Notes: generated by a model from the sequence alone, not told the origin. Numbered from the stretch's first letter, positions 1 through 9,433 are shown. The stretch is 64,000 nucleotides of DNA from an uncultured Bifidobacterium sp. (GCA_964634245.1 CAZWIE010000002.1:108793-172792); one strand, 5' to 3'. Translations and numbers: made by a program.

Positions 1-254
1 AATTCGAAGAGCCGGCTTTGGGATTGCCAAGGACTCGCTTCGCCCGTGCCGGCATCGCCGATGCTCGCTGCAGTGCCCTTGCCTCACCGTTGCTCGGACC
101 TGGCCGTGACCTCGGCGGTATTCGGCATGCGCTGGCCATGCCCTCGCTATGCCCTCTCTGAGATTGATGGCACAATGCAACACTTTGCAGCGCATCGTTT
201 ACAAAATTTGAAACGAGCTTGTCCGACCGTCCGCCCCCATCTCTGCCCAGCACC

Positions 255-677
255 ATGAGCCTGAAAGAAAAGCTGTACGAGCACCTGAGAGAGCACGTCT
301 ATTGCAAGCTCGGCGTATCTCCCATCCATGGCATCGGCGTATTCGCGCTGCGCGATATCCCCAAGGGCACGCATCCGCTCAAGAGCATGGTCAGCAACAA
401 GGAGATCAAGTTCTCGCGCATCGAGCTCAAGTCAGTACCCAGCACCGTTCGCAAGCACCTGAACATGTTCTGCCTGGTCGAGAAAGGCCGCGTGTACGCG
501 CCCGAGATCGGCATGAATGCCGTCAACCTGTCCATCTACCTGAATCACTCGAAGACGCCGAACCTGTTCTACAACGACGATGGCGTGCTCGAGGCCATGG
601 TCGATATCGCCAAGGGCGATGAAGTGACGATTGACTACGACATCAGCTTCGACGACGAGCACATTTTCGACGAATAA
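255..677 (+). CDS. SET-domain protein (putative lysine methyltransferase)
   Basis: SET motifs GIGVFA, YLNHSKTPN and EVTIDY are present; there is no post-SET Cys cluster. ATG at 255 chosen within ORF 219..677. Confidence 0.88.
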   Translation: MSLKEKLYEHLREHVYCKLGVSPIHGIGVFALRDIPKGTHPLKSMVSNKEIKFSRIELKSVPSTVRKHLNMFCLVEKGRVYAPEIGMNAVNLSIYLNHSKTPNLFYNDDGVLEAMVDIAKGDEVTIDYDISFDDEHIFDE

Positions 678-733
678 GCGCAGACCTCAGCGTTGCCTTC
701 GCCAGCGCTGACGCGGGTTGCGCGCCCCATGAC

Positions 734-769
734 AAAGCCCCCGGCCTGCGACAGGCACGGGGGCTTTTT
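734..769. terminator. Bidirectional intrinsic terminator
   Basis: AAAGCCCCCG...CGGGGGCTTTTT hairpin between two convergent genes. Confidence 0.75.
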
Positions 770-811
770 CTTGCTCTGCAAAGGCGACCGAATCTACCCG
801 GCAGCGATGCT

Positions 812-1702
812 TCAGGCTGCGGCGTTGGCCAGCCCGGCGCTGCCTTCTTCGCGGTAGATGCGGTTCAGATCCTCGGGCTTGAAGTCGATCTTCAGCGGCG
901 AGGTCGGATCAGTCGCCAGCGGATGCTCGGGATCGACCAGCGCCATCGCATAGATGGGTTCATAGTCGGTGACGAACAGCGACTTGTAGCCGTAATCGTC
1001 GACCGGGCCCAGGTTGTACCAGCGCAGGCCGTTCTTGGCCGCCCAGCGCGAAGCCAGCAGGCAGGCGTAGTTGCCGGGGGACTTGTTCTTGTAGTCGCGG
1101 TTCCACTGGCAGAAGCTGCCATACAGCTGATCGTATTTGGGCAGGACGATGGACACATCGGTGAGCACCAGCTCACCGTTGGGTGCATGGACCTGCAGGA
1201 TCAGCACGTCGAGGTCGCGCACATAGTCGATGAAGCCTTCGACTTCGCGGTCGTCGATGTAGTACTTTTCGAAATGGTCGCCGCCGAGTTCGATCATGTC
1301 ATCGAAATCGAGGTCGCTGCCCGGGATCAGGTGCTCGGTGCAGGTGAAGTCGCGGTACTGCTTGTCGAATTCGCGGAACTTGCGCGCACGGCGCTCTTCG
1401 TTCCACAGCAGGTCGGATTGCGTGTCGACCATGCCGTACTTGTCATTGATGGGCACGCCGAAACGGCTGTCCGGCGGCAGCGCATAGACCACGAAGGGAC
1501 GTGGCGCCAATGCGATCATCTCTTCATTGACCTCGATGTAAGGGCACAGCGCATCCCAGCGCGAGGTGTAGTAATGGATCTCGTCGTGATAGCTGTCGAC
1601 GCACAGGTTTTCCACTGTCCAGCTCTGGTGCCCGACCTGGTGCACCTCGCGCGCGGCGCGGGCCTTCTTGGCCTCGCCGATGCGATGCAGGGTTCCATTC
1701 AT
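812..1702 (-). CDS. GNAT-fold protein of FemABX/BioF2-like (Acetyltransf_6 / aminoacyl-transferase-like) type
   Basis: The C-terminal half YGSFCQWNRDYKNKSPGNYACLLASRWAAKNGLRWYNLG...YGYKSLF resembles the end of FemABX/BioF2-like GNAT domains. Its start overlaps the upstream stop (ATGA at 1699-1702). Confidence 0.6.
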   Translation of the reverse strand: MNGTLHRIGEAKKARAAREVHQVGHQSWTVENLCVDSYHDEIHYYTSRWDALCPYIEVNEEMIALAPRPFVVYALPPDSRFGVPINDKYGMVDTQSDLLWNEERRARKFREFDKQYRDFTCTEHLIPGSDLDFDDMIELGGDHFEKYYIDDREVEGFIDYVRDLDVLILQVHAPNGELVLTDVSIVLPKYDQLYGSFCQWNRDYKNKSPGNYACLLASRWAAKNGLRWYNLGPVDDYGYKSLFVTDYEPIYAMALVDPEHPLATDPTSPLKIDFKPEDLNRIYREEGSAGLANAAA

Positions 1703-2142
1703 TGTTTCGCGCTCTCCCCAAGACGTGACGTCGGCAGCTTCTTGAGATCGAAGTAATCCGCATCGATCGCGAAGTTACTAATCAGGAAACGGCTGTCCGA
1801 CTTTTCAAGCCTGGCGATTTCTTTTTTGCACGCTGCCAGGTGCCGTGCTGCCTCGCTGTCTGCTTTTTTCAACTGCCTGATGTACTCCGGCATCAGCGGG
1901 CATTCGATGTCGTAGTAAAAGTGGCGCGCCTCGGGGTCGTAGGCCAGCGGGTAGAGGGTGCAGCTGAAAGGCTTGTCATCGCCCAGCGTGCAGCCGGAGG
2001 GACCGAGGTTGGTGCATTGGGTTTCGATGCAGATGCCGCCGAATTTTTTCTTTTCGTTGCGGGTCAGCGAGATCTCGAGAGGCGGGTAGTCCTGCTCGAC
2101 GTAGCAGCATCGACGACATTCGGCGCAGTGGTCAAAGGGCAT
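1699..2142 (-). CDS. YkgJ-family cysteine-cluster protein (CxxCxxCC, Zn/Fe-S binding)
   Basis: CAECRRCC, a central C..C pair, and CTLYP...C motifs. AGGA RBS upstream of ATG 2142; an alternative start is at 2199. Confidence 0.8.
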   Translation of the reverse strand: MPFDHCAECRRCCYVEQDYPPLEISLTRNEKKKFGGICIETQCTNLGPSGCTLGDDKPFSCTLYPLAYDPEARHFYYDIECPLMPEYIRQLKKADSEAARHLAACKKEIARLEKSDSRFLISNFAIDADYFDLKKLPTSRLGESAKQ

Positions 2143-2479
2143 GCGCGTTCCTGACGGAGTGTCTGTGCATGAGCGGCATAGGCTGCATTCGCACGGCATC
2201 GCATACTGCCTTGAACCGCGATGCCAGGTTCGTTTATAAGTGATTATTTCCGTACGATAACTCAATCCTCCCCGACATGTCACAAACTATTTGTGATTTT
2301 TAATCCTATTTGCCGGCAACTTGCTGCCAGTTTGCGCGCATGAAAACTGCAGTGAATTCGCAAGCGAGGGACGCACATGACAATGCCAATGCAAACACAT
2401 TGCGACCGACTTGCGGTCGACATTTGACCGACCTGCTGGCGATTCGCCCGCAACTTGCCGAAGGAATGGTGTGCACAAT

Positions 2480-4813
2480 TCAAGCCGGCTGCATCAGCAG
2501 GCGCGCTTCGTCGGCAGGCACCGACGGGCCATGCAGAAAGCCCTGGAATTCATCGCAGCCCAGTGCCCGCAGCGTCTCCTGCTGCGAGGTCGTTTCGATG
2601 CCTTCGGCAATCACCCGCATATGCAAGCTCTTGCCCAGCGTGATGATGGACTGGATGATTGCCGCATCGCTATCGTGCTGCTCACCATCGATGCGTTGCA
2701 CAAAAGACTGGTCAATCTTCAATTGATCCAGCGGCAGCTGCTGCAGGATGGACAGCGAAGAATAGCCTGTGCCGAAATCATCCAGCGAGAAGCGCACGCC
2801 CAAGCCATTGAGCGCGCGCATCTTGGCGGCTGTCTCGGGCACTTCGGTCACCAGCATGCTCTCGGTCAGCTCCAGCTTCAGGCAGAACGGGTCGGCACCG
2901 CTATCGGCCAGCGCCAGCCGCACGTCATTGACGAAATCAGCACTGCGCAACTGCCGCGGGCTGACGTTCACCGACACACGTATCGGCTGCAGCCCCATCG
3001 CAGCCCATGCCGCCAGCTGCAGGCATGCCCGCTGCAGCACCCAGCGCCCGAGCGACAGGATGAAGCCTGTCTCTTCGGCCGTCGGTATGAATTCGTCCGG
3101 CATCACCAGGCCGCGCTTGGGATGGCGCCAGCGCACCAGCGCTTCCATCCCGCGCAATTTCCCGTCGCGATCCAGCTGCGGCTGGTAGTGCAACTCGAAT
3201 TCCTGTTGCAGCGATGCGCGCCGCAAGTCGGCTTCCAGCGATGCGCGTTCCACCAGCAACTGCTGCATGCGCGGATCAAAGAAGCGCAAGGTATTGCGCC
3301 CCGCCTGCTTGGCGCCATACATCGCCATGTCCGCTTGCTTGAGCAATTCATCCACGCCGGAAGCATGGCCGTCGAACACGGTGATACCCAGGCTTGCCGA
3401 GCAATCGTAATGCCGGCCACGCAAGTCATAGGGAGCCGACAGCGCTTCGACGATCTTGCGTGCGGCCGTCTCTGCCTGAATTGCCGCCTTGCGCTCATCG
3501 GTACCCAGCTCCTCGAGCAGCAGCACGAATTCATCGCCGCCCAGGCGCGCAATGGTGTCGACGCTGCGCACCGACGCGCGCAACCGGGCCGCGACCTGCT
3601 GCAGCAGCAAATCACCGGTATCGTGACCGAAGGTGTCGTTGAGAATCTTGAAATTGTCGAGGTCGAGGAAGATCAGCGCGCCGTGCTGGCCATGCCGGCA
3701 ACTGACGGCATACGCATGATTGAGCCGGTCCATCAGCGCCACGCGATTCGGCAGCTGCGTCAGCGGATCGTGGAAAGCAAGGTACTGTACCTTTTCCTGG
3801 TCGCGCCGCAGGTCGGTGATGTCGCTCCAGATCGCGAGAATGGCCTTGGGGGTGCGCGTCACCTCGTCGCGCACCCGGGTCAGGTGGCCAAGCACCCGCA
3901 CGTGGTGACCATCCTTGCAGCGCTGCACCTGTTCCCCGGTGTACTCGTCCGTCGATTCCAGCGACTTGAGCATCATCCGCTGGTCCTCGGCGCTGATCTC
4001 CAGCAATTCCGCCGCGCGCCGCCCAAGGGCCTCGTCGCGGGTATAGCCGAACAGGCGCTCGGCTCCACCGTTCCAGAGGGTGATCCTTTGCTCAAGGTCT
4101 TTCACGAAGATCGCATCCTTGGCCTGGTCCAGCAGCGCAGCGCGCTGGCGCAGCTGCTCGGTTGCCGCGAGCACCGCATGCTCGACGTCGCGGAATGCCT
4201 TGTCCTTCGGGTCCAGTCCGAGGATACGAACCACTTCGCTCGCCACCTTGTTCAGCGATAAGTGCTTTTGCATCTCCTGGTCGAGCACCTGATGCAGGAA
4301 GAGTTCGCGCCGCCGTAATTCGATCGAGATCATGGCCTGCTGCGCCAGTGTCTTCAGCTGTTCGCGCTGCCTTGTCGTCAGGTGGCGCGACACACGGTCG
4401 ATCACCATCAGCGTACCGAGCGCATTGCCGTCGGGCGCCACCAGCGGGTACGCGGCATAGAAGCGTATGTAAGGCGGCCCGGTGACCAGCACGTTGTCAC
4501 AAAACCGGGGATCCAGCTGTGCATCCCGCACTTCGAAATAGTCGGGCTGCAGGATGGCATGCTTGCAGAAAGACACCGAGATACTGGTCTCCCGGATCGG
4601 CAAGCCTTCTACGGCCTTGAACCACTGCCGCTTTTCATCGACCATGCTCAGCGCTGCGATCGGCGTGCGGCATAATTGCGCCGCCAGCTTCACCAGCCGG
4701 TCAAATGCGATCTCGGGCGGCGTATCGAGAATGGAATAGGCGCGCAGGGTCGTCAGCCGACCTTGCTCGGCGGCGCCGGTCCCTTCGCACGGATATCCGA
4801 TCACTTCGGCCAT
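2480..4813 (-). CDS. GAF-PAS-GGDEF-EAL diguanylate cyclase/phosphodiesterase
   Basis: GAF N-terminus (LRAYSILDTPPE), PAS (WNGGAERLFGY), intact GGDEF with RSVD I-site, EAL, DDFGTGYSSL and EGIE motifs. Confidence 0.95.
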   Translation of the reverse strand: MAEVIGYPCEGTGAAEQGRLTTLRAYSILDTPPEIAFDRLVKLAAQLCRTPIAALSMVDEKRQWFKAVEGLPIRETSISVSFCKHAILQPDYFEVRDAQLDPRFCDNVLVTGPPYIRFYAAYPLVAPDGNALGTLMVIDRVSRHLTTRQREQLKTLAQQAMISIELRRRELFLHQVLDQEMQKHLSLNKVASEVVRILGLDPKDKAFRDVEHAVLAATEQLRQRAALLDQAKDAIFVKDLEQRITLWNGGAERLFGYTRDEALGRRAAELLEISAEDQRMMLKSLESTDEYTGEQVQRCKDGHHVRVLGHLTRVRDEVTRTPKAILAIWSDITDLRRDQEKVQYLAFHDPLTQLPNRVALMDRLNHAYAVSCRHGQHGALIFLDLDNFKILNDTFGHDTGDLLLQQVAARLRASVRSVDTIARLGGDEFVLLLEELGTDERKAAIQAETAARKIVEALSAPYDLRGRHYDCSASLGITVFDGHASGVDELLKQADMAMYGAKQAGRNTLRFFDPRMQQLLVERASLEADLRRASLQQEFELHYQPQLDRDGKLRGMEALVRWRHPKRGLVMPDEFIPTAEETGFILSLGRWVLQRACLQLAAWAAMGLQPIRVSVNVSPRQLRSADFVNDVRLALADSGADPFCLKLELTESMLVTEVPETAAKMRALNGLGVRFSLDDFGTGYSSLSILQQLPLDQLKIDQSFVQRIDGEQHDSDAAIIQSIITLGKSLHMRVIAEGIETTSQQETLRALGCDEFQGFLHGPSVPADEARLLMQPA

Positions 4814-4941
4814 TGCAGTGCCTCATCATGCGCCATCAAGGCGATGACATCAGCCTTCAGCATTGGACAACAGGCAGCGGCACAGTTCTGCCGGCCGGGC
4901 AAATTCTTGTTCCGGCCAGCAGGGCCTCGCGGCGGGGAAGC

Positions 4942-5319
4942 TTACTGCAGCTTCTCGATCTTCGTGACCACAAACTGGCCATTCACGCGATCCGGAATGA
5001 AGCGCACCTTGTCGCCGACAGCCAGCGTGTCGAGCTGCCTGGGATCGGCAACCCTGAAGTTCATCGTCATGCCGTTCATGTTGAACTTGCGTATCGCTTC
5101 ATGCTTGAGCATCAGCTTCCCGTTGTCGCGATCGATGGACTTCACTTCCGCATTCACGAATTCGTCGACGGCAGCGTCGGCTTCGCTGTGCGCGCCCGTG
5201 CCGTGTTCATGCTCGTGCTGGTTCGCATGAGCCGGCGCAACCAGCGCCAGCAACAACGACGACACGACGGCCGTGACCAGCAGCACAAGCTTCATGTTGG
5301 CTTTCGCTTTGGCATTCAT
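4942..5319 (-). CDS. cusF: CusF-like periplasmic copper-binding protein
   Basis: Signal peptide, His-rich linker, and LKHEAI...MNGMTMNFRV...GDKVRF CusF signature. Confidence 0.85.
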   Translation of the reverse strand: MNAKAKANMKLVLLVTAVVSSLLLALVAPAHANQHEHEHGTGAHSEADAAVDEFVNAEVKSIDRDNGKLMLKHEAIRKFNMNGMTMNFRVADPRQLDTLAVGDKVRFIPDRVNGQFVVTKIEKLQ

Positions 5320-5363
5320 AGTGTTTCTCCTTCAATCGTTCAATGTGCGTAAAGAACGGTGGT

Positions 5364-6764
5364 TCAGCGGTGGCCTTCGTGCCCGGATGGCTTCTTCGCC
5401 TTCAGATCAGTCGCTGCCGGCGGGCCGCTGGACGGCATGGCCTGGCCGCCCGCAGCATCGCTGCGCGGCGCTTCGGCCAGTGCGCCGGTCCATTCGTAGG
5501 CCACGGTACCGGGCGGATGCGCATACCAGCCTGGATCGCTGTAATCGCCGGGCTTCTGGTCCTTGCGCACCTTGATCACGGTGAACATGCCGCCCATCTC
5601 GACGCTGCCGAACGGGCCGTCACCGGTCATCATCGGCAAGGTGTTCTCGGGCAGCGGCATCTCCATGGTCGCCATATCGCCCATGCCCTTGTCTCCCATC
5701 ACCATGTAGTCGGGCACCAGCTTGCTGATCTTCTCGGCCACGCCGCGATGGTCGACGCCGATCATGGTCGGGACCTGGTGGCCCATCGCATTCATCGTGT
5801 GGTGCGACTTGTGGCAATGCAGCGACCAGTCGCCCGGATCGGTGGCATCGAATTCCAGCGCACGCATCTGGCCGACGCCGATATCGAGCGTGACCTCCGG
5901 CCAGCGCGAAGCCGGCGGCGTCCAGCCGCCGTCGGTGCCGGTGACGACGAACTCATGCCCATGCATGTGAATGGGGTGGTTCGTCATCGTCAGATTGCCG
6001 ACGCGGATGCGCACGCGGTCACCCTGCCGCACATGCATGCTGTCGATGCCGGGGAAGACGCGGCTGTTGAAGCCCCACATATTGAACTCGGTCATCGTAT
6101 TCACCTTCGGCACGGCACTGCCCGGCTCGACATCGAAGCTGTTGAGCAGGAACACGAAGTCGCGGTCGACACGCATGAAGTTGGGATCCTTCGGGTGCGT
6201 GACCCAGAAGCCGTACATGCCCATCGCTATCTGCACCATTTCATCGGCATGCGGGTGATACATGAAGGTGCCGGGGCGCTGTGCGATGAATTCGTACACA
6301 AAGGTCTTGCCGGGCTCGATGCGCGGCTGCGTCAGGCCGGCCACGCCATCCATGCCGTTTGGCAGGCGCTGGCCGTGCCAGTGCACCGCCGTTGCTTCGG
6401 GCAGGCGATTGGTGACGAAGATGCGTACGCGATCGCCCTCCACTACCTCGATGGTCGGCCCGGGCGACTGCCCGTTGTAACCCCACAGCTGCACCTTCAT
6501 GCCGGGCGCGAGTTCACGCACCACCGGCTCCGCAACCAGATGGAATTCCTTGACGCCGTTGTTCATGCGCCAGGGCATCGACCAGCCATTGAGCGTGACC
6601 ACCGGATGGAAGGGCCGGCCATTCGGCGGTAGCGGTGGCGGCGTGGTTTTCGGTCCGACTGCCACCGGCGCTTCCGGCAACGATGCGGCGCCGACGCGGC
6701 TCACCAGCCCGGCGCCGAGCGCCGCAATGCCGGCGCCCATGAAAAATTCTCTGCGTGAGACCAT
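5364..6764 (-). CDS. Tat-exported multicopper oxidase
   Basis: SRREFF twin-arginine signal; HWHG, MYHPH, HPIHMHGH and HCHKSHH copper motifs; GAGGAG RBS before ATG 6764. Confidence 0.93.
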   Translation of the reverse strand: MVSRREFFMGAGIAALGAGLVSRVGAASLPEAPVAVGPKTTPPPLPPNGRPFHPVVTLNGWSMPWRMNNGVKEFHLVAEPVVRELAPGMKVQLWGYNGQSPGPTIEVVEGDRVRIFVTNRLPEATAVHWHGQRLPNGMDGVAGLTQPRIEPGKTFVYEFIAQRPGTFMYHPHADEMVQIAMGMYGFWVTHPKDPNFMRVDRDFVFLLNSFDVEPGSAVPKVNTMTEFNMWGFNSRVFPGIDSMHVRQGDRVRIRVGNLTMTNHPIHMHGHEFVVTGTDGGWTPPASRWPEVTLDIGVGQMRALEFDATDPGDWSLHCHKSHHTMNAMGHQVPTMIGVDHRGVAEKISKLVPDYMVMGDKGMGDMATMEMPLPENTLPMMTGDGPFGSVEMGGMFTVIKVRKDQKPGDYSDPGWYAHPPGTVAYEWTGALAEAPRSDAAGGQAMPSSGPPAATDLKAKKPSGHEGHR

Positions 6765-6777
6765 GATCTGGCCCTCC

Positions 6778-8358
6778 TCAATGGCCGCCGCCGGCGGCGG
6801 CCGGGGCACTGGTGGTGATGGAAGCAGGTAGCAACACAGCGGTGTTGCCGGCACTGCCGCCATGGATCGCGAACTGCAGCTCGGACTCGGCGATCCAGTA
6901 GTCGCGCTGCGCATCGATGGCCGCGGTCACGCTGGCGATCTGCGAGCGTGCATCGGCCAGCAACTCGAACACGCTGGCCAGCATGCCGTTGTAGCGCAGC
7001 AGCACTTCTTCGGAGATGCGCTTGCGGGCCGGTACGATCTCGTCGCGATACTGGCGTGCGACATCGTATTGGCTGCGCATGCGCGAATAGCCTTCGCGCA
7101 CCTCGGAGCGCGCCTGCAGGGCCACGTCGGCCGTACGTAGCAGCGTGCGCTGGTAGCTGGCTTCGGCGCGGCGCAGGCGCGCATCGCCACTGTCGAATAC
7201 CGGCAAGGCCAGTTCGATCTCGTAGCCATCGGCGCGTGATGCGCCGGTTTCGCTCTTGTTCTGGTAGCCGAGTTCGAACACATTGACGAAGCGGGTCGCG
7301 CGCGTCAGCCCGAGGTTTTTCGCCGTCGCTTCGGCATCGAGCTTCGCCACCTGAAGATCGAGGCGTTGCGCCAGCGCGCTCGACTCGATATCGGTACGGC
7401 TCGCCAGTGATGCCGGCAGGTCGGGCAAGCGCTCGGGCAGGCGCAGTACGGTGTCGCCGTCACTCAGACCCAGCAGGCGCAGCAGTTGCTCGCGCGCCGA
7501 CAGCGCGCCGTGTTCGGCACGCTTGAGTTGCGCGCTGACTTCCGCATAAAAAGCCTGTTCGCGTGCTTCGTCGAGTTTGTTGAAGTTGCCGGCCTTCGCC
7601 ATCCTTTGCGCCAGCTCTGCCGATGCTTCGGCAGCGAGCGCGGCCTGCCGCAGGTATGCCAGCGATTGCTCGGCTGCCAGTGCCTGGAAATAGGCGCGCC
7701 GCGTATTGGAAGCCAGGCGCACCGCCTGCAGCGCCGTCTGCAATTGCGCCTGTCGGAATCGGCTCTGCTCGACCGCCCTGCGCATCGGCAGCGTCAGCAG
7801 CCCGACGAGGTCGAACATCACGCTGCGGTCGATCTCGACACTGTCGTCACCCGACAGGCGGCCAAAACCGAAACGGGGATTGCGTAGCCGACCGGCCTGC
7901 ACCAGGTCGGCTTCGGCAATGCCGAGCTCGGCCAGCGCGATCTTCACGCGCGGGTTGTTGAGCAGTGCAACGCGCACCGCACCTTCGGCGGTCAGCGGCG
8001 CTGCCAGCAGGCGCCGCACCTCGTCCTGCGCCTGCAAGGCAGCGGGCGTGTCGTTGCGCGCATCTGTCGGCAGTGGTTGGCCAATGCGCGCACTGGTCAG
8101 CGCATCAACCTCCGTCCGGCCGCCATCGGCGGAGAAACTGGCACAGCCGGCCAGCGCAGACGCCATCGCCAACATCGCCAGCGAAGTCCGGAATGCCGGC
8201 TGGAATGTTGGCTTGAACGCCGGCTTGAAGGTCAGCTTGACGGTTCGCCTGCCTGCCGGATCGACAAGCTTCAGGGTGTTCGAATCAAAGCCCGGATCGG
8301 CTGTCGGCCGGACGTTCAGGCAAGGCAAGGCCTTGCGAGCGGATTTCAGGGGTGACAT
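6778..8358 (-). CDS. TolC-family outer-membrane lipoprotein (copper resistance, CopB-like)
   Basis: Lipobox LAGC and outer-membrane efflux repeats (ADLVQAGRLRNP; ELALPVFD); lies directly upstream of the oxidase. Start is uncertain (8358 or 8175). Confidence 0.85.
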   Translation of the reverse strand: MSPLKSARKALPCLNVRPTADPGFDSNTLKLVDPAGRRTVKLTFKPAFKPTFQPAFRTSLAMLAMASALAGCASFSADGGRTEVDALTSARIGQPLPTDARNDTPAALQAQDEVRRLLAAPLTAEGAVRVALLNNPRVKIALAELGIAEADLVQAGRLRNPRFGFGRLSGDDSVEIDRSVMFDLVGLLTLPMRRAVEQSRFRQAQLQTALQAVRLASNTRRAYFQALAAEQSLAYLRQAALAAEASAELAQRMAKAGNFNKLDEAREQAFYAEVSAQLKRAEHGALSAREQLLRLLGLSDGDTVLRLPERLPDLPASLASRTDIESSALAQRLDLQVAKLDAEATAKNLGLTRATRFVNVFELGYQNKSETGASRADGYEIELALPVFDSGDARLRRAEASYQRTLLRTADVALQARSEVREGYSRMRSQYDVARQYRDEIVPARKRISEEVLLRYNGMLASVFELLADARSQIASVTAAIDAQRDYWIAESELQFAIHGGSAGNTAVLLPASITTSAPAAAGGGH

Positions 8359-8434
8359 GGACTGCCTCCATCTACAGGGTGCAGCAGCGCCGCACGGGAA
8401 CACGGCCGCGCGCAATGCGCAGGCCGACGCTGTA

Positions 8435-8899
8435 TCAGGCGGTCAGGGAGCGTGGCGGTCGTTCGGGACCGTCGGGAATGTGGGCGATGATGCGCGCCCG
8501 GAAGGGGAGATACGCCGCACGCATGGCGGGCGATTCGAAAGCTGCGGCTGGTGATGGCGGAGGCGCGACGGCAGCCGTGACACAGCACTTGCCGCAATCG
8601 CTGCAATTGCCCTTCGCGTGGCGCGCCTTGTGCGTCGCCTCACCCTTGCCGGACGGGGCGGCCTTTTTTACATGGTGATGTTCATGAAGCGCGTGCGCGT
8701 TATGCTGGTGGGGCACGCCAATCGCATGCGCCAGCTGCAGCGGTGCGGCACCGTTGTTGCCGGTGGCGGCCGTGGTGGCCGTGGCCGACGCCTGATGCCG
8801 GGCCAGCATGCCTGCCGAACGCGCGAGTGCCGACCCGGACTGCAGCGGCAGCAGCAAGCTCAGGAACACGGCAATCAGCAGACGGAAGGTAGTGCGCAT
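8435..8899 (-). CDS. CopL/DUF2946-like His- and Cys-rich metal-binding membrane/periplasmic protein
   Basis: Hydrophobic N-terminus, HQHNAHALHEHHH, CSDCGKCC, and the C-terminal PERPPR typical of these proteins upstream of copper operons. Confidence 0.7.
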   Translation of the reverse strand: MRTTFRLLIAVFLSLLLPLQSGSALARSAGMLARHQASATATTAATGNNGAAPLQLAHAIGVPHQHNAHALHEHHHVKKAAPSGKGEATHKARHAKGNCSDCGKCCVTAAVAPPPSPAAAFESPAMRAAYLPFRARIIAHIPDGPERPPRSLTA

Positions 8900-8951
8900 G
8901 GGTCTACGTTAACACAGCGAGCGGGTACAGGCAAAGGCTGGCCGGCTGTCC

Positions 8952-9371
8952 TCAGTTGACGGTGAACTCGAAGTGGTGCCGGCGGCAGTCCAGGGTGTTG
9001 ATGTAGTAGTAGGCAAAGCGCGCGCCATTGGCAGCGCCGACGCGCAGCCGCTGGGTGCTGCGGCCGACGACATCGCCTTCATCGTCCGTAACGGCGACGG
9101 CCAGCGAGCCACGGAAAGGCTTGCCGCTACGGTTGACGATCACGCCGCCCAGACCGTAGTCGACGCAGTAGACGCGCTTGACCACGATATCAGGGTTGTT
9201 GGTCTCCAGCGTCTCCGTCTCCGCCTGCGCGGGCAGCGGCATCCAGCCCAGCGCCACGGCAGCGACGACCGACGTCGCCAGCGCCAATGCGGCGCGGCGC
9301 AAGCGGCGGCCAACGGCCTGCCCCGGCACCTGTTGCGGATGATGGTTGCGATGCTGGCCGTATGCTTTCAT
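8952..9371 (-). CDS. Exported protein with FxLYD-like Ig-fold domain
   Basis: Signal peptide ending AQA; GGVIVNRSG...VAVTDDEGDVVG pattern; two Cys. Confidence 0.55.
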   Translation of the reverse strand: MKAYGQHRNHHPQQVPGQAVGRRLRRAALALATSVVAAVALGWMPLPAQAETETLETNNPDIVVKRVYCVDYGLGGVIVNRSGKPFRGSLAVAVTDDEGDVVGRSTQRLRVGAANGARFAYYYINTLDCRRHHFEFTVN

Positions 9372-9433
9372 GCTGCCTCCCTATGCCTGACATGGCTGCG
9401 CTGGCCGCAACCTGTCTTCAGGCGCGGGCGGCG

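Noticed and set aside
1-140. Possible 5' end of a minus-strand gene (MASACRIPPRSR...) running off the left edge
   Set aside because: A GAGGG RBS-like sequence precedes the ATG, but the 46 visible residues have no recognisable motif, so it cannot be supported from this window.
2143-2479. Possible c-di-GMP or other riboswitch near the GGDEF-EAL gene
   Set aside because: No GEMM-type conserved motifs were recognised, and the region is 3' of that gene rather than 5'.
2411-4261. 616-aa plus-strand ORF and many similar long antisense ORFs (e.g. 5343..6632, 23193..24725, 34324..35622, 38861..40390, 41350..42720, 53789..55243, 59897..61819)
   Set aside because: They are antisense shadows of well-supported genes, expected in high-GC DNA, and have no protein motifs.
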